A stretch of 64,000 nt of DNA, from contig CAIIXF020000001.1 in NCBI GenBank assembly GCA_903813345.2, positions 41,664,001 through 41,728,000 of the forward strand, read 5' to 3'. Positions within the stretch are counted from its first letter, which is position 1, and every line of letters begins with the position of its first letter. This document shows, piece after piece, positions 14,792 to 28,974 of this stretch. The notes under the pieces were generated by a model. The model was given only the letters and a program-made list of their open reading frames with translations. It did no database searches and had not been told where the DNA came from. This stretch comes from Owenia fusiformis. Its lineage: Eukaryota. A program made the translations under genes and the position numbers.

Positions 14792-14828
14792 ATGGATAAC
14801 AGACCATTTAGATCATATCGGAAGAAAG
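14792..14828 (+). CDS. Putative short alternative first coding exon C (MDNRPFRSYRKK)
   Basis: ATG in context AAGATGG, donor AAG|gtatgt after 14828. 37 nt = phase 1. An out-of-frame ATG lies upstream at 14757. Confidence 0.45.
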
Positions 14829-17800
14829 GTATGTACACCTTTTTTTTTAGTTCCTGTGATTTATGTAGTTTTGGGTATTTTGTTATTGGCCTTTGTGCTC
14901 TCTCCTCTTATGTCAACATCAAGAAGTGGTTACATTTTGCTACAGCCGCCATTTTTGTGACAGGGATTCAGCATTGACATTTGTAACAATTGTTACAATT
15001 CTCTGTTTTTATCACACTTTGAAAGAGTGCCGTATTGATGTCGTCTTGAGCTGATGGGCATCGTGCGCATATTCATTTTTTCATGTTTATGTTTTTCAAA
15101 TGTTGGCCTCTATATTTTCTCTTTATGTAACAAGTTGAGTGATGATTTTGACATTATAAATCATCTAAGAAATATGCTTGCCAGAAACAATATAGCAACT
15201 GAGTTCCCTCCCCCATCAAATTACATGTACGGATTGTACGCCCTTCACTTTGACGAACCTAATATTTTTAATTTAAAAGAGTTTAGATAACTTCAAAGCA
15301 GACCTGAAGTGTATTTCTATCTGAATAAACTTGGTTCTGTTATGAGGACTGCAGTTTCTCCCTTGTAAACTTGGGTGTACTCTTATAGTTTTTGCATTAG
15401 TTGCTACGTAATGTTAATTAATACTTTATTAATAATTTATTTAATCTTAATTTTTGACTTTGAATGAAGACCTCTGAACATGGCATTGAGTAGAAACGAG
15501 TATGAAGCATTACCCCTTAACATTCAATACTATGATAGAGCACATGTTGTATTGTCATACCATAGTCTGGAATTGTTTTTTTTGAGGTTGCAATATGATC
15601 TCATATTGTATTGAGATCTTCTATATTGTTTTGTATTTGCTGAATATTTAAAGCTTGCTCACTCTGATATACTTCCTACCCTCCTGGGGCAGAGCTTCAA
15701 AATTTATATTGGCAACTCAAAATAAATGATTTGAAAATCTAAGGGAGCCATTGTTTGAAGATTTGGGATGATTTAGTGAAGCTGTTTTCTGACAAATTAG
15801 GCCTACTTTTATGTGTAAGTCTCTTGGGGGGAGGAGGGGGGGGGGTGATACTAGGCAGACCCCAAATCCAGTAGTGTTTTCAACTTGATCCAGTTGAGAA
15901 ATTATGATGTGTGTGTGGGGAGGGGGGTATTAAGGAGGTTCTGAAATATTTCATATGCAATTTGTTGAATAATATTGTCCCTCTACCGTCTAGTGATAGA
16001 GTAAATAAACATACATTATAGATATGGTAGGTATATGCGTGCCTGTCTATCAAACCTGCGTCATCAGATTATCAGATCAACCCCTGCAGCATAACTTTGA
16101 TCTTCCTATTTACTGTCTATATGTTTTTTAGGCAAATATATAATCTTGAATTGAAATCTATTTCGTTCTGCATGGATGTTGCACATCAAGTACACAGTGA
16201 CCTATTTGTTTAGATTTTAAAATGTCATTCATAAAACAATCTCATGTCTGGAGTTAAATTCAAGAATAAATACATAATTGTGTTTTGTGTGTGTTAAGAT
16301 ATTGTATTAATCCAGGCTCTTTGAAAATACAATTAAACTTTGGTGGTATTTTTTCGGAATCTTAGATGTATAGTATGGGTACATCTGACAGAATGCTTAA
16401 ATATGTAATGTATGCTTACACTATACAGTATTCTCCCCAGGATATTTTTTCAAGTAGGTGCAAAATCCTACCTTTCATGGTCCTGCAACTAGTTAATTAT
16501 GTGGCTGCTGATTTTTTATTTTAAGGAACTGTGTAGGGGGTAGAGGGGGTTACAAAGGCTTGAAGCAAGAATACATGTTTACCCTAGAATCAGTATATTG
16601 CCTGTATAAATGTTGCTTGGAGAATCCACAAAGGGCAACATTTCTAAAGCAACATTCTTTATCCTTATAAGCCAAATTAACCCATAACCAATGAAAACAC
16701 CTAAAAAGGCAATATTTGAATAACACATCAATGTGAACCCCATTTAAATCCAATTATTCGTATCAAACCAAAATAAAATGTCAACTTTTCCTTGTAGATG
16801 TAGTTTAGCCATTTGTAAGCTTTAAGATGTGCACTTAATTTGTGGATATCTATCATAGCAGTAATCGCAGCCAAAAAGCTGTATTTATCCCAGTAATTAC
16901 ATGGCTCCCAGCAAGTATGTGTCTTATTTTACTCTTGAAAACAATATTTGCTCTCAATTATAGCTAAGACGTGCCTTGAAGAAATATTGTGAAACAATGT
17001 AAAACATACTAGAAAATGTCAGAATTACATTCTTTACCACCAAGTGTTAGTCAGTTATATGTTTTTGTTTGAGTTTTCAAATCAAGTTGTAATGGTGAGG
17101 AAATGAGGATGTATTGTTCCCTGGTTACCCTGCTTAAAAACCTTTTTTTACATCATCACTTATAATTTTGAATCATACTTTATCATATTGAAAGATGGCG
17201 TGCATATAAAGAATGACTTACCGAATTGCATATATCTATTGTTGAAGAATCAAAGGCACAATTCATATGCAATATTCACTAATTCAACACCTTTAACAAT
17301 ACATGTATACAAATATTTGAATGTGCAGTTTTGACATTGCTGTCTAAAAGTGTTCAATTCACTTGAATTTATAAAGAACAATTGTTCCCAGGGCCAAAAA
17401 TCGTCACAATTTATGTTGTGGTACTAGTAAATATAGAATAAATGTTGGTGAGTAAATGAAAATTCTAGTTTAGTTTAAGATGATTATATGCAAATTTTGT
17501 TGAAAAAAAGTTAAGACAATGTGAAAGTACTATTCAAAGGGACATTTATTGGCTTGTCTTAGCTTTTCTTTTTCTAGGTTAGTACCACTTATTATGTAGG
17601 CTAGTACCACTGGTTGTTCAGTTTTGTACCAATGGTGATTTCGGTTTGTTACACTGTATAAAACATGGCATCCTACGAACACAGGCCTCCAGAGCTCGTA
17701 CCTCCTTCTTCTTTTGAAGAAGGAAGGAACTTAGTGGATGATGTCTGGAACCCTGCGTTCGGAGGATGAAAACATTGGCCATGGCTCAGTTAATGTACAG

Positions 17801-18562
17801 GAATCTGAATGATATTTCAAATATTGATCACTAATATTTCTGAATATTGCGCAGTCAGTTTGGATATGTTTCTAGAGAACATGTTTAGAATAACAAAAAT
17901 GACATTAATGCCGAACTTGGAATACTAATGAATGTGGAAATATTGATTATTGGTCATTTTTTCAGAATTGACACTTAGCATCGTGAAATCAACATTAAGT
18001 CAGAAAATCTATTTCGGAAGATGTAACAGCCAATTGATTATCTATTTTTTGTCTAATTTTGGAAATATTTACATGTTTATTGGATTCCATTATACTGAAG
18101 GTTATATGAGGGAAAATAAATGCTACAGTATTGCTTTTGGATGACAGTTCTCCTTTGCTTTTTAAAAGAGAGTTTCATTGCCTTCATAAAAACTAGCATT
18201 TGATCATTAAGATCACAATTATTCACTTGTCTGTTCTGATCAGAGTGTAGTTACTGTAATACTCTCTATATGTCAGGGTAGTCTTAGAAAGGGTTTGTAT
18301 AAATGTGAGAGGGAGTCATTTATGAATCAGGAAATGAATTATGTTGGATTTAAAACATTGTCGGAATAATCCAGTGATTATAAATAATGAGGTCGAAGTG
18401 ACCTCTTTACACCCAATCATTCACTATAATGATCTCATTATTGGCAGAACACATAAGGGGAAATATCATGAAAACAGCATATAGTTCTTTTGTTTTATTG
18501 ACTTTTGTTTTCTCAGTCAAAGAAATTTCTCATTATTTTCCTATTTCTCAAGTAATTCATCA

Positions 18563-18668
18563 TTTTATTATGTCACCACCACAATTAATGACATATTGTT
18601 ATGGTCTCCAACTTTTTTGGATAGTGTCCGGTGGTTGACATTTTTGTTTTTGTCATCGTAGGCTTGTT
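18563..18668 (+). mobile_element. HINE-like element, degenerate copy
   Basis: ttattatgtcaccaccacaa...tattgttatggtctc shared with 57866. Confidence 0.5.
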
Positions 18669-19469
18669 TATTGTTTTCCTTTATCAAGATGGATGTTAAT
18701 TGATCAATGCATGGTCATTTGAGTAAAAATATATAGCTTTTCTATGTCATGAACAAACATCACAGAAGTGTTAAGACTGGATTTGCATCATATATTTTCT
18801 CCCTGGTCGGTAGAAATGTCCCTATTAAGCTGGCTAGAATTCCAAATAATAGTTATTCAATACCGGAAAGTTGTTGAAATAACTGATAAAGATAAAGGTT
18901 TTCTCAGGTTAGTATCCTCTTTTCCGCTCGTACTTTGGCGAATCAATCATTGTTGCTAAGCAATTTCTTAACCAATAATCGAGACAGGTCATTATCCTGT
19001 ATTTTCCAGACTTCCTCTTGACGTAGGACACCCATAAATTTGTGAGGGTTGTGTTTGCTTCAAAGTACCTGATAGTCTCCACCTACCCCCACAAGCCAAA
19101 CCTATTTGAAATTTTGAACTAAGTTCTGAAAAGTATTTCTTTCCTTTTTTAGTCCCAGTTCAACACATATTCTCAACGAGGGAAGATTTGGTGATATAAA
19201 ATTGACCAATTCCATATTTATAAGTCCAGAGTGTACTATGTGAACCATGTTTTAGTCTTTTATTATATTCGTGCAATTCATTGTAAATGTCAATTAGTAT
19301 TCACATGTTCAAATATCCTGTATCACAAGATTGCCTATTACTGACTATTACAATGTGCTATTTGGATATTAATATAAAAAATCGTGTTAATGGACTTAAA
19401 TGGAGTGAAAATGACTCAGTATTGTTTGTTACTGTAAGCTCATCTTCAGAAACTCATCAACTACACAGT

Positions 19470-19747
19470 GAGTATCCAGGCCTCGTATATTGCGAACAAG
19501 TTCCCGCTAACATCGCGAGCAATGAGCTCATGCTAGAAGCGGGGGCTTGAGGGATATGATGAAATATAGTTATAGTTGAAGAACGTTGTTGCACTGCAAT
19601 AACCATTGTACTATCAAATAAAGTTGTACTGAGTTTCACTTACTAAAGTTTCATAGAAGATTTTACATTTTAATTTTATCATATCTCACAAGGCCCCGCT
19701 TCTAACATGAGCTCATTGCTTGTGATGTCAGCGGGGCCTGGATAGTC
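19470..19747. mobile_element. Foldback MITE with long inverted arms
   Basis: 19470-19565 aligns to the reverse complement of 19673-19747 over about 75 nt (cccgctaacatc...gcaatgagctcatgctagaagcgggg...gatatgat), with a ~20-nt insertion in the left arm. Confidence 0.75.
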
Positions 19748-22700
19748 CCCATGAACAAGAAAGAAGCTAATAGAAAGCCATGATTTCTCATGTAGCTATT
19801 ACCTAGTTTTGGTAGAGTTTGTGTCGGGTTAAATTGCCAATTTGTGGTTCTAAGTTCTTTCTGTTTACTTTCATTGTATATTATACACCATTAAAAGGTA
19901 TTGATCGTTGATGGATGGAAAGCGTATGAACCTGTTCTTCTATAAACAATATCAAAATGTACCTAGTTAGAAACCAATCATTATAAAATTCTACAAATGT
20001 GCATCATTCAAATTTAGCTAATTACTGAAATTGCAAAATTATGTTGAACTTCTCACATGGATAATAAACAAATATTGGCAATGTATCATCTTACTACTGC
20101 TAATGTATCATTATGAGATGCTTTGTCTTGTTTGTTGTATGGTACATCCAGGGATAAAGGGTGAACTGGGGTAAGGCGGTGATGTCATCATTTCATAACT
20201 TATCCATACCTGCAATATAACTAGGATTCTGATTTATTCACTTATTAACGTATCATGTTGTAAATTTTTTGTAATTCATAAGAGGTAAATAAATATACAA
20301 TTCGTACAAATATACCACTTTTAATTGTTTAAAGAGAGCCCTGTGTATAATGCACGAGGCTGCAACACCCATGGTGTTATATACTTGGTAAGTTGTGGAA
20401 ATTCCAAAGCAAACAAACACAAACATACCATTTTATAATTCTATGTATTTCACCCTAACCATTTTGTTTATATTGTTCGCAATGAACTATTATGTTGTTA
20501 CCATTATCAAGATTACAATGGAACTTTTATACATTTGAATGGCACCTTGTACTTGTCCCTATTTAAATTGCACCTTTGCGCTAATAATTCTATCCTTTCA
20601 TTGGCACCTTTGTACTAAAGAATGATCCCCACATTTTATAAATGGCACCTTTATTCTATTAGATGCTATTTATACTTAATCTTTTCATTGCCACCCTTGG
20701 ATTGTACTAATGAAGGATCTCCCAAGCTACTAATCCCACCAAATTGTGGAACTTTTTATTAATAATTGATGGTCATAAATAGTTCCGTTAATAGATTTAT
20801 TGGTGATGTTATTGGCATATTATCTAAATTCTTTATGAATGTCAGATTTCATTACTTATCAAGACCGAGGCAGAGCACAAATGATCAATGAGAATCTAGA
20901 AAGTTAATTAAACTAAGAAAATCGTTTATGATCTTTTTATCCAATCAGTATTATATGAAATTAACTCGTTGTACAAAGGAGTGGTATCGATATGGAGAAC
21001 CTCTTGATTAATTTTTGCATTAAATTGTTGTCAATCAGTCAACATTACATGAAATACCGTGTTTTTTTACAAAAAGTTTTCAATGATTGGTTTAAGAGAA
21101 AAACATTGTTGAATTCAGTTCTCCATATCGATACCAATTCTTTACAACTAAAAGTACATTCTAGTGTGAGGATATTGCCCCAGTATTTACAAACATTTTT
21201 GCTAAAAAAAATTAGATTTATGTTTTTACGTGACATGTTAATGTACATAGCTTTTAATTGAAACATACTTTTTTATTCAAACGCAACATGAAAATAAATG
21301 TATATTGAAAAAAGGTTGACTTTTCAAACAAAACTTTTGAATAACATTAACCATGTACAGTGTTCTATTATATGCTGGACTGATTTTGAAAGTACTGTGG
21401 GATGATGGGGATTGAAATCATTGTTTTGTACCCATTAATGCTAGCAATGATTTGTGGTTATGGAGTCTACAATAACTCTACCGGGAATTCAGAAAAAATC
21501 ATCTCAGAAATTCCTATGCCATTTACATATTTATTTTCTTTTTTCTCAGAAAGGATAAAAATGTGAAGTTCCCTTGGAGGTACTTTGTTAAAAATCTTCT
21601 GTAAAGGTGACCTTGTATTCTTATTGGATGAAGATGAGTAGTTTAAAGAGGGAAACAGTATCTTATCAAGGGTAGAGGGATGTCCAATCTGAACATGAAT
21701 AGAAAGGGGCGATGATTTAGAGGACTTTCTAATGTAGGGGATGCGACTCAATGCCACAAGTTGGACATATTGAAATCAATCAACATTTATAGGCTCTCAA
21801 GGCTAATCCCTGGCTGCTACCCAAACGAGAGTCTACCCTGAATATTGGATTACAATACACTAATCTACTGATGAGAATGATTATGATATAACATTAGAGG
21901 TTGCTTTCAGTATCAACCTGATTTGCTTTCTGTTCCTCGGATCTCTTTAGTAGTATATTTTCAGATAATTTCTTGGTGTATATGTCCTACATACAAAAAA
22001 ATGCTGGGATAAAAATACTACACTTACAAGAACATGTCACACAACTATAAAGAATGACATGAATCAATGATGTATATTCAAACTGGAGAATAACAGGGAT
22101 TAGTGGATTAGTAGACTGGATTATTGGATTAATTAAACCATGTGAGATTAGTCGACTAATTAAAGTCAGGATTAGATGGTTTGAATAAAGTATGAGAAAG
22201 ACATGTAGAACTGATTAGACATACAGAAATAACCTACAAGTTCAAATTCAGTTATACGAATTAATGCCTCTGATGAAGAAACAATCAAATAGGAAAAGTA
22301 CATATGAAACAACAATCAAATATTCAATCACATCGACTCTGGATTTCAAGAAATAATTATTGCAGGCCTATATGAGAGAAGACGAAAAAGTGCAGAACCA
22401 CCAAAAAGAATCAGGAAGTTTTAAGAAAGTACATGACAAATATCTGTGCAATAAATTGATTTCGTATAATCAATCTAGATTATAATTTTAGATATTGATA
22501 CAGACTAACAAAGTTAGAGTTATTTATCTGAACGCTACTTCAGAATCATATTTGTTTGACATTTTCAATAATTTAACATAGTGTGTTATACACTGTACAA
22601 GAGGCTCTATACCACGCTATTAACAGAAATACCGGAGGCTGTGTTGTTCACACTACAAGTGCAGGGGCTAATTTGTACCAAGCTTTATATTTGTGAAAAC

Positions 22701-22910
22701 ATAATTTACTCTGGAATTATTTTATTACAGCCAACCCAAAGGGAAGTTATTATCAGGAAACTCCATTTACGCTGTCAAATATAAACTTGGCGTTATCTCA
22801 ATATTGAACAATAGGGAAACAAATTCAATTGAAGCAAATGTGAAACTGTATTGGGTCATAAATTAATTGAATTAGTTGACGATTAGGAAGACGTCATATC
22901 AGTCGTAACA

Positions 22911-23118
22911 ATGCAGGATAGACACGAGAGGCCAAAGACATTGATGAGGAAAAGTAGTATGATTTCACTTGATGAGAAGATGGAAGTCTTTCGACAGCAT
23001 TTCCAAAGATGGGGGTCGAAAAAATGGAATTTAAATTTTTCAAGAAAAAGTCGTCAATCCGTGACTAAATTGGATAATGAGCATAATGTGTCACCACAAT
23101 GTGTCACACCAAATAATA
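22911..23118 (+). CDS. Putative alternative first coding exon D (69 aa, basic)
   Basis: MQDRHERPKTLMRKSSMISLDEKMEVFRQHFQRWGSKKWNLNFSRKSRQSVTKLDNEHNVSPQCVTPNN, then donor ATA|gtaagt, after which the ORF turns into AT-rich Ile/Leu/Asn intron-like sequence. 208 nt = phase 1. Confidence 0.8.
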
Positions 23119-25084
23119 GTAAGTTGATCATAATAAACTTGATTCTTATTTCAATTTTATATACTAATTTGAGATATCTGGTTCTTAATGCATTTTCAAA
23201 TGTTGCAAATGGGTCCTTTAAATTTAAAAGCAAATACCTTCTCAAATAAAGACTATTTTATACTCAAATTTGAGAAATGAGGAATTTTATTTAAGGTGAT
23301 AACTTGATTTCTTCAGTGATGTACATACTCAGGTTCAACAGGTATTTTAGCAATGCAATGTTAATGATGCACCTACCCTAGATATGAATATGCAAAAGTG
23401 TTAATTTTACCTGAGGCCTTTGAAACAGATACCTGGTATTTTGGGGAGTTTGATTGAATGACTGTCAATGAGGGAATTTCACCTGTAAGATAAGCTTAGA
23501 TTGCCCAAAGATAGCTCTGCCAAAAAAGTTCTAATGGTGCGCGTAATTCAATTGTAATTTTCAATTTCTAATTTTACTAAATATCTGTTTACTTTCTTTT
23601 GAATTTTATATCCATTAAGTTCTTGATATTGACCTAGTAATGTGTGAAGTATTAGTATAATCGACAAAGGATTTGATATATATTGAATGTTACATTATTA
23701 AAGGGAGAGGACCTAGAATTTCCCCCTTGGTGATGTCTAGGTTTTATGGTCAAGTTTGATGCCTAAATTTATGACCTCTGCTGATGTTAACTCTCCATTC
23801 AAGTTGAAGAGATGTTACATCAAGTTAAACTTGGATTATGTAAACAAGTAAAAAATGAGATAAAGAATTAATCAGAGATAGAATTACATGATTATAAATT
23901 ATATTTATGGATTATGAACAATATTATACCGTAATTGAGATACTAGAGGGATTTGATGATTGCAATGACTATCAATCATGGATAGATAATGTCAATTCTG
24001 AAGGTAAAGTTATCTTACTTACGCCTTTCATTACTACTAAATAAGGTAATAAGACTAACATAATCATCTTATTCTCCATTGCTAATTAAGGTATGGCGAT
24101 GCGTTAAGTGATATCATTGTCATTTTGTCATATGTTCAAAAAATAAAATTGCGATTCTGTGAATGCAAATAATTAGATTTGTAATTAATTATTCATTAAT
24201 TGCATTGCAATGTCAACTTTTAGATGAGAAAGAAAACAATCGAGTCTCTACCAGTTTGCATTAAAGAAAAACTGGATTTTGCAGTTTGTGGGACGAAACA
24301 TCTTTCCAGGTCATAATTGACCTCACTAAACAAATATGGAGAAATTCTCGCCATAATGTCACAATTGTGACTTCATTCTATTCAAGATTTCTTTTTCATT
24401 GAGCATTTGCCACTCGAAGCAGCAATAAGTACACCCGGGCTAGTACAGGGTCAATTGAAGTTCTGAACGTTACATCAAATGCTTTATTAGATTGTACCTT
24501 ATATAACCTGAACATTGTCAAAAATCAATTAATTCTAGCTTTTAATTTCATTTAGTTATTGCTAAGTGAGATAAATAAGCGCTTGAAGTCAATGATTAAC
24601 TTTGATTTTGCTCAGAGTTCCTTGATTATATACCCTGATGCAAAGAGGCTAGATATAATACTACCCTCTGACTGGGATGCTGATAAGAGTTTTATATCCT
24701 CCAAAGTAGCTGTCATTGTCTTTTCATTGGAGTTAAAAAACGAAATATATGTCAGCTACTTATGAAAGCTTAAGTGACTGCAACTGAATTTTGACCAACC
24801 TAATCTTGTCTAAGGCTGATCAAGCATCAAGGGATTATCTCTTATTCAAAGAGTTGTTTCAAAGATGTGAAATCCAATTATTGAAAAGGGTATTGATTAT
24901 TCAATTACTTTGATTTAATTTGTACATATTGCTGCTATTTTCAAGAATGTCTAGTATTAGTATCTAGGATACACTGGTGATTCTACTTCATTTTATTGCA
25001 GTTGTTTGATGGGATCTTTACACATGTTTGGAAATAGAAAAGGGGCAATATCAAAATGCTTCAGTTGTTGTAGCCTCCAATTTT

Positions 25085-25192
25085 TGTGGGTGGTGTTTGG
25101 CATTTGGCAGTCTGCATTTGGTGTTTGGCGGTTGGTATTGGTATCAGATGGCAGGTGGTGACATTTTGTATGTTAATATATAATGCCTCGTT
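25085..25192 (+). mobile_element. HINE-like element, 3' portion
   Basis: gtgtttggcggttggt...gcaggtggtgacattttgtatgttaat...aatgcctcgtt shared with the 58986 copy. Confidence 0.5.
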
Positions 25193-26673
25193 CATTATGT
25201 TGGTGGTTGAAATGAGGATATTTTACCATCTTTTTATTATAATGTTTTATGAGTGCATCGTTTCTTCAATACTATTATCAACAGTTTTATCTTACTTCTT
25301 AAAAGAGACCTTCATCAGGCAACCACTTTTAGCCTTTGGGCTTCAGAGTATTTCTTGTAAGGAAAATGTTTGAGAAAAAGTTCAGATCAATGTTTAAATT
25401 AAAAGATGCATTAGATCAGGGCATCTCTTGAGATTGTCATTGATGAATATTCTAAACCATGTAGCTTGGTTGGTTGGTTACCCCAGAGACATGACCCTGC
25501 ACTCTTTAATTACAGCTTTGTCACAGTCTGTTGAATATATTGGCATTGCATCACAGATGCTCTGATATCTGTTTTTAACTTATCATCTTTGACATTTCCT
25601 ATCTGATCTGTTCTTGTTATGCCACTCAAGATCTCCATTGGGAACTCATTGAAAATCAGTAACTACTTTGTACACTGCATGTATAAAACTCATTTCAAAA
25701 ACTAATTTTCATTAAATTCTCACATCTTATTTTTCACTCATGGGAATAGATTGTTATGGTAACAGTTATATGCAGAAGTGCAGGAGCATTCTAACTGTTG
25801 TACTAATTTGTTTGTTTTCACTTCCATGCCTAAAATCCTCTCTGGTATTGGTCTTATTGGTGTCGGATCAAGCCCTTGTATCTCACAAATTTATCTCTAT
25901 CTTATACAGTTTAGTAATAAATAAATTTTTATTTTTCGTTATACACATGAGCTTCAACTTTTTTTTATTTAATTTAATTATGATGATATGGGTGATTATT
26001 TATGTACTCCCTGTACAAGAGATTGATAAAAAACGATTTGTCAATAAATAACCCTTTCCCGAATAGATGAGGCATACAGTGTATGAGTATAAAAATATTA
26101 CCTGAATATTTACCTGAAAACACCTTTTACACATATGTCTCTGTAGACTTACCAGATATGGATTATTTAATTATCTAGGAAGGCATTTACTTGTCCTTTG
26201 TTTATGATGTATGGACCTGTCTCCTGAGATTTTAGGATTGGCTCCAGGAAGGTCAAACAGACCCCTCCAAGACAAGGATAACTTAGGTGATTAAAACTCC
26301 TTTTAGGCTTAGTAAGATAAATGTAGCTCATCTATTTGCCATCCTTCGTGCACTTAGATATTTTAGTTCTTGTAATTGGGATCTGTTCGTTATCTTGTTC
26401 TGTCAGATTGTAATATTGAATGTCACCAGCTACCCTGAGGAAAAGATGCTTGAACCAATTACTTATTTTTCTGTTTTCCTGTTACATGTATTTTGTTGGA
26501 TAATCTTGGATGGTCCTCTCAATCATCACTAAAGATAAACAGGGAACCTTGGATGGGTGGTATGTGTCATTCTGATTTGTCAGAATCACTCTTTATCTTT
26601 GTGTGATACACCTCTACATCTGCATCATCTACATTGAGTAGATGTTATGGTAGGTGGACAAAATATACACATA

Positions 26674-26852
26674 CAGTAAAACCTGTTTATTGAATCACCT
26701 GACTAATCAGAAAACCTCTCATTATGAACGCTATATATAAAATTTGTGCCATACACATCCATGTTTAAAAACCTTGAAATGCGAACACTTGCTAACCTGA
26801 ACACTTTTTGCCAGACCCAGTAGCTTTCTGATTAGACTGGTTTTTTTTACTG
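26674..26852. mobile_element. MITE related to family 2 (same CAGTAAAACC termini, different interior)
   Basis: TA|CAGTAAAACCTG left end, ctggttttttttactg right end; internal ctaatcagaaa/tttctgattag inverted pair. Confidence 0.55.
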
Positions 26853-27487
26853 AAGATGGCATCATAAGAGATATACAGAATGATGGGTTGATTGAACCCA
26901 GCATCTGAGGAACACTTCTATGTATGAGTTAACTGCCAGTCAGGGTTGTGTTGTTTCTCAATAGCCTACATCTGTGTAAACTAATTGGTGTCATCATAGT
27001 AATGTCAGATTCAATCAGAGATTTTGTTTGCAGTTTGATGCCAGATCATCAGAAGTCTAACTGGCTGATTGAATGTCTTGTGGCAATTAGAAGGGGTTTA
27101 ACCAGTTTATGTAATTGTTGAAGTTGGTGTTTTGGACCCCCCATTTGAGAGGATCCATTCACAGCAGCAGTAAGCTGTTTTCTATGGTTGTTTAAACCAA
27201 AATCGCCTGATGTGTTGAGGAATTTGGAACTGTTTTCTACCATGTTACAATAATAATTTCCAATCATTTTCCCTGTTTGTTTTCACTCTTTTTGCCTGCT
27301 ATTGGAAATTCTATTGAAACCCCTGTATATAAGATTTATTCTTGAACAGTTGACCAATATATGATGTAAAAAGGCAAAATCAAATGAATGAGCCAATTGG
27401 GAAAGTCAACATTGTCATAACTCATTGTATTCCAGACCAATTTATAAAACAAGTTGAGATGTTTCTCCAAACGGGAGACTGAATTAT

Positions 27488-28974
27488 CACACTACCCTAC
27501 CACGTGACCACGTTTAAAAGGGAAACAGGGTACAGCTAAGTTGCAAATGGAGGACGTGGGTTTAATTCCATATTTCTGAACGTAAAATACATTTTACATT
27601 TATTTTTAGTGTTCTACCAGACATAGAATTGATTCATCAAGCAGTTTGTAGAATATTGTTGGCAAAAAACCACTATAGGCAAAGATAGATAATAGTGGGC
27701 GCAGTGAAGCAAAACTTAATGCAATACACGATACATTTCAGTAAATCTGTCAACGTACAGGGAGCATGTAAGTTTCCCTTCGAAAATGTTACATTGATAT
27801 GCAACAAAACCCCAGTAAACTGTTATTTCAACTGCTTGTCATCGTGTTATATGTGGATACGTTTTCCAGTATGTTATTCAACTGTACTTTTGTAAATTAA
27901 TTGTTTTTCTAAAATCTTAAGATGCAAAATAGTCGTCCCAGAAATGTATCTTTACTTTGCCGTAAGGCATAACATATTGTGAAACATTTTTCCTCTTGTC
28001 ACAAGGAGGATAATGTTTGTTTCGAGGTGTCTTGTGATGAGCGTTTCATGATTAAATGCAAAATCACTGGAGCAGATACCATCCAAAAACATCTGACATT
28101 CAACACGTCATATAAGACTACATCGATCTGGTATTAGTTTTTTTACAATAATAGAGAAATACGACGTCATATCACCTCCACAGCAAATCGTGAAGAACAA
28201 AATGTCGTGGCATGATGGTATTTTGAACAAACTATTTTAAATGATCGGTTTTTGAGGACGGTAGTGAATTAGACCATTCAAGGGGTTATATAGAAAGATT
28301 CTTTACATGTAGTTCACGCAATTTTAATTATTCTGAATAGCGGATAGTCATTAATCCTGATAGCCAATAGTCATTTATCACTTACGTGTTTATATTTAAT
28401 TTCGTTATTTTATTTCAATTTGATACCCTAGTAACACGTATAATCTAGCGTTCTTGTTAATTTAATGACTAAAATGCATTTACGACCTGAAAGCCCGTGT
28501 CTAAATCTACTAAATAATGTTTACTTTATTTGGATTAAATAACAATTGATGACACCTCAAAGCATCAACAGGCGGCCTTTTTAGTATTATTTTCACTGTT
28601 TGCAACGTAAATATACATGAGATCGGGACATAGTATGTCTGTATAATCAGCTTACTTTCTCGCTCCCTGTACTATTGAACAATTTACATTCCTTGTACCC
28701 TGTATTGATCAACTTTTGCAGCTGTGTACTGTGTACTATGACATATCAAATATTTTAAAATTTAAAACGATATTATTTACATTATTTCTTCAACTATCAT
28801 ATAACTTGGAACATGGAATTCACTATTGCACCACTGAAGTTTAGCGAATAGCAATATTGACTCACTCCGAGCACCAAACGTATTAACCTTTTCACTAAGC
28901 AGTCGATATACTCAAAAGCGACCTGATTCAAAGCCAAAAAATTCGCGCATGCGCTATCGAGGTAGGGTAGTGTG
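27488..28974. mobile_element. Non-autonomous DNA transposon, 1487 bp, CAC termini, 5-bp TSD (Transib/CMC-like)
   Basis: Left end CACACTACCCTACCACG; right end reverse-complements to CACACTACCCTACCTCG (16/17). ATTAT flanks both sides (27483-27487, 28975-28979). Interior is visibly CpG-richer than the flanks, with no transposase-length ORF. Confidence 0.8.

Noticed and set aside
20350..20387. ATG...TG|gtaagt segment (MHEAATPMVLYT)
   Set aside because: Phase 2 upstream of a phase-1 acceptor; no ATG in the compatible frame.
21467..21757. 96-aa minus-strand ORF (MALSRIPYIRK...)
   Set aside because: No recognisable domain or splice structure; possibly a decayed retroelement fragment, but I cannot support it.
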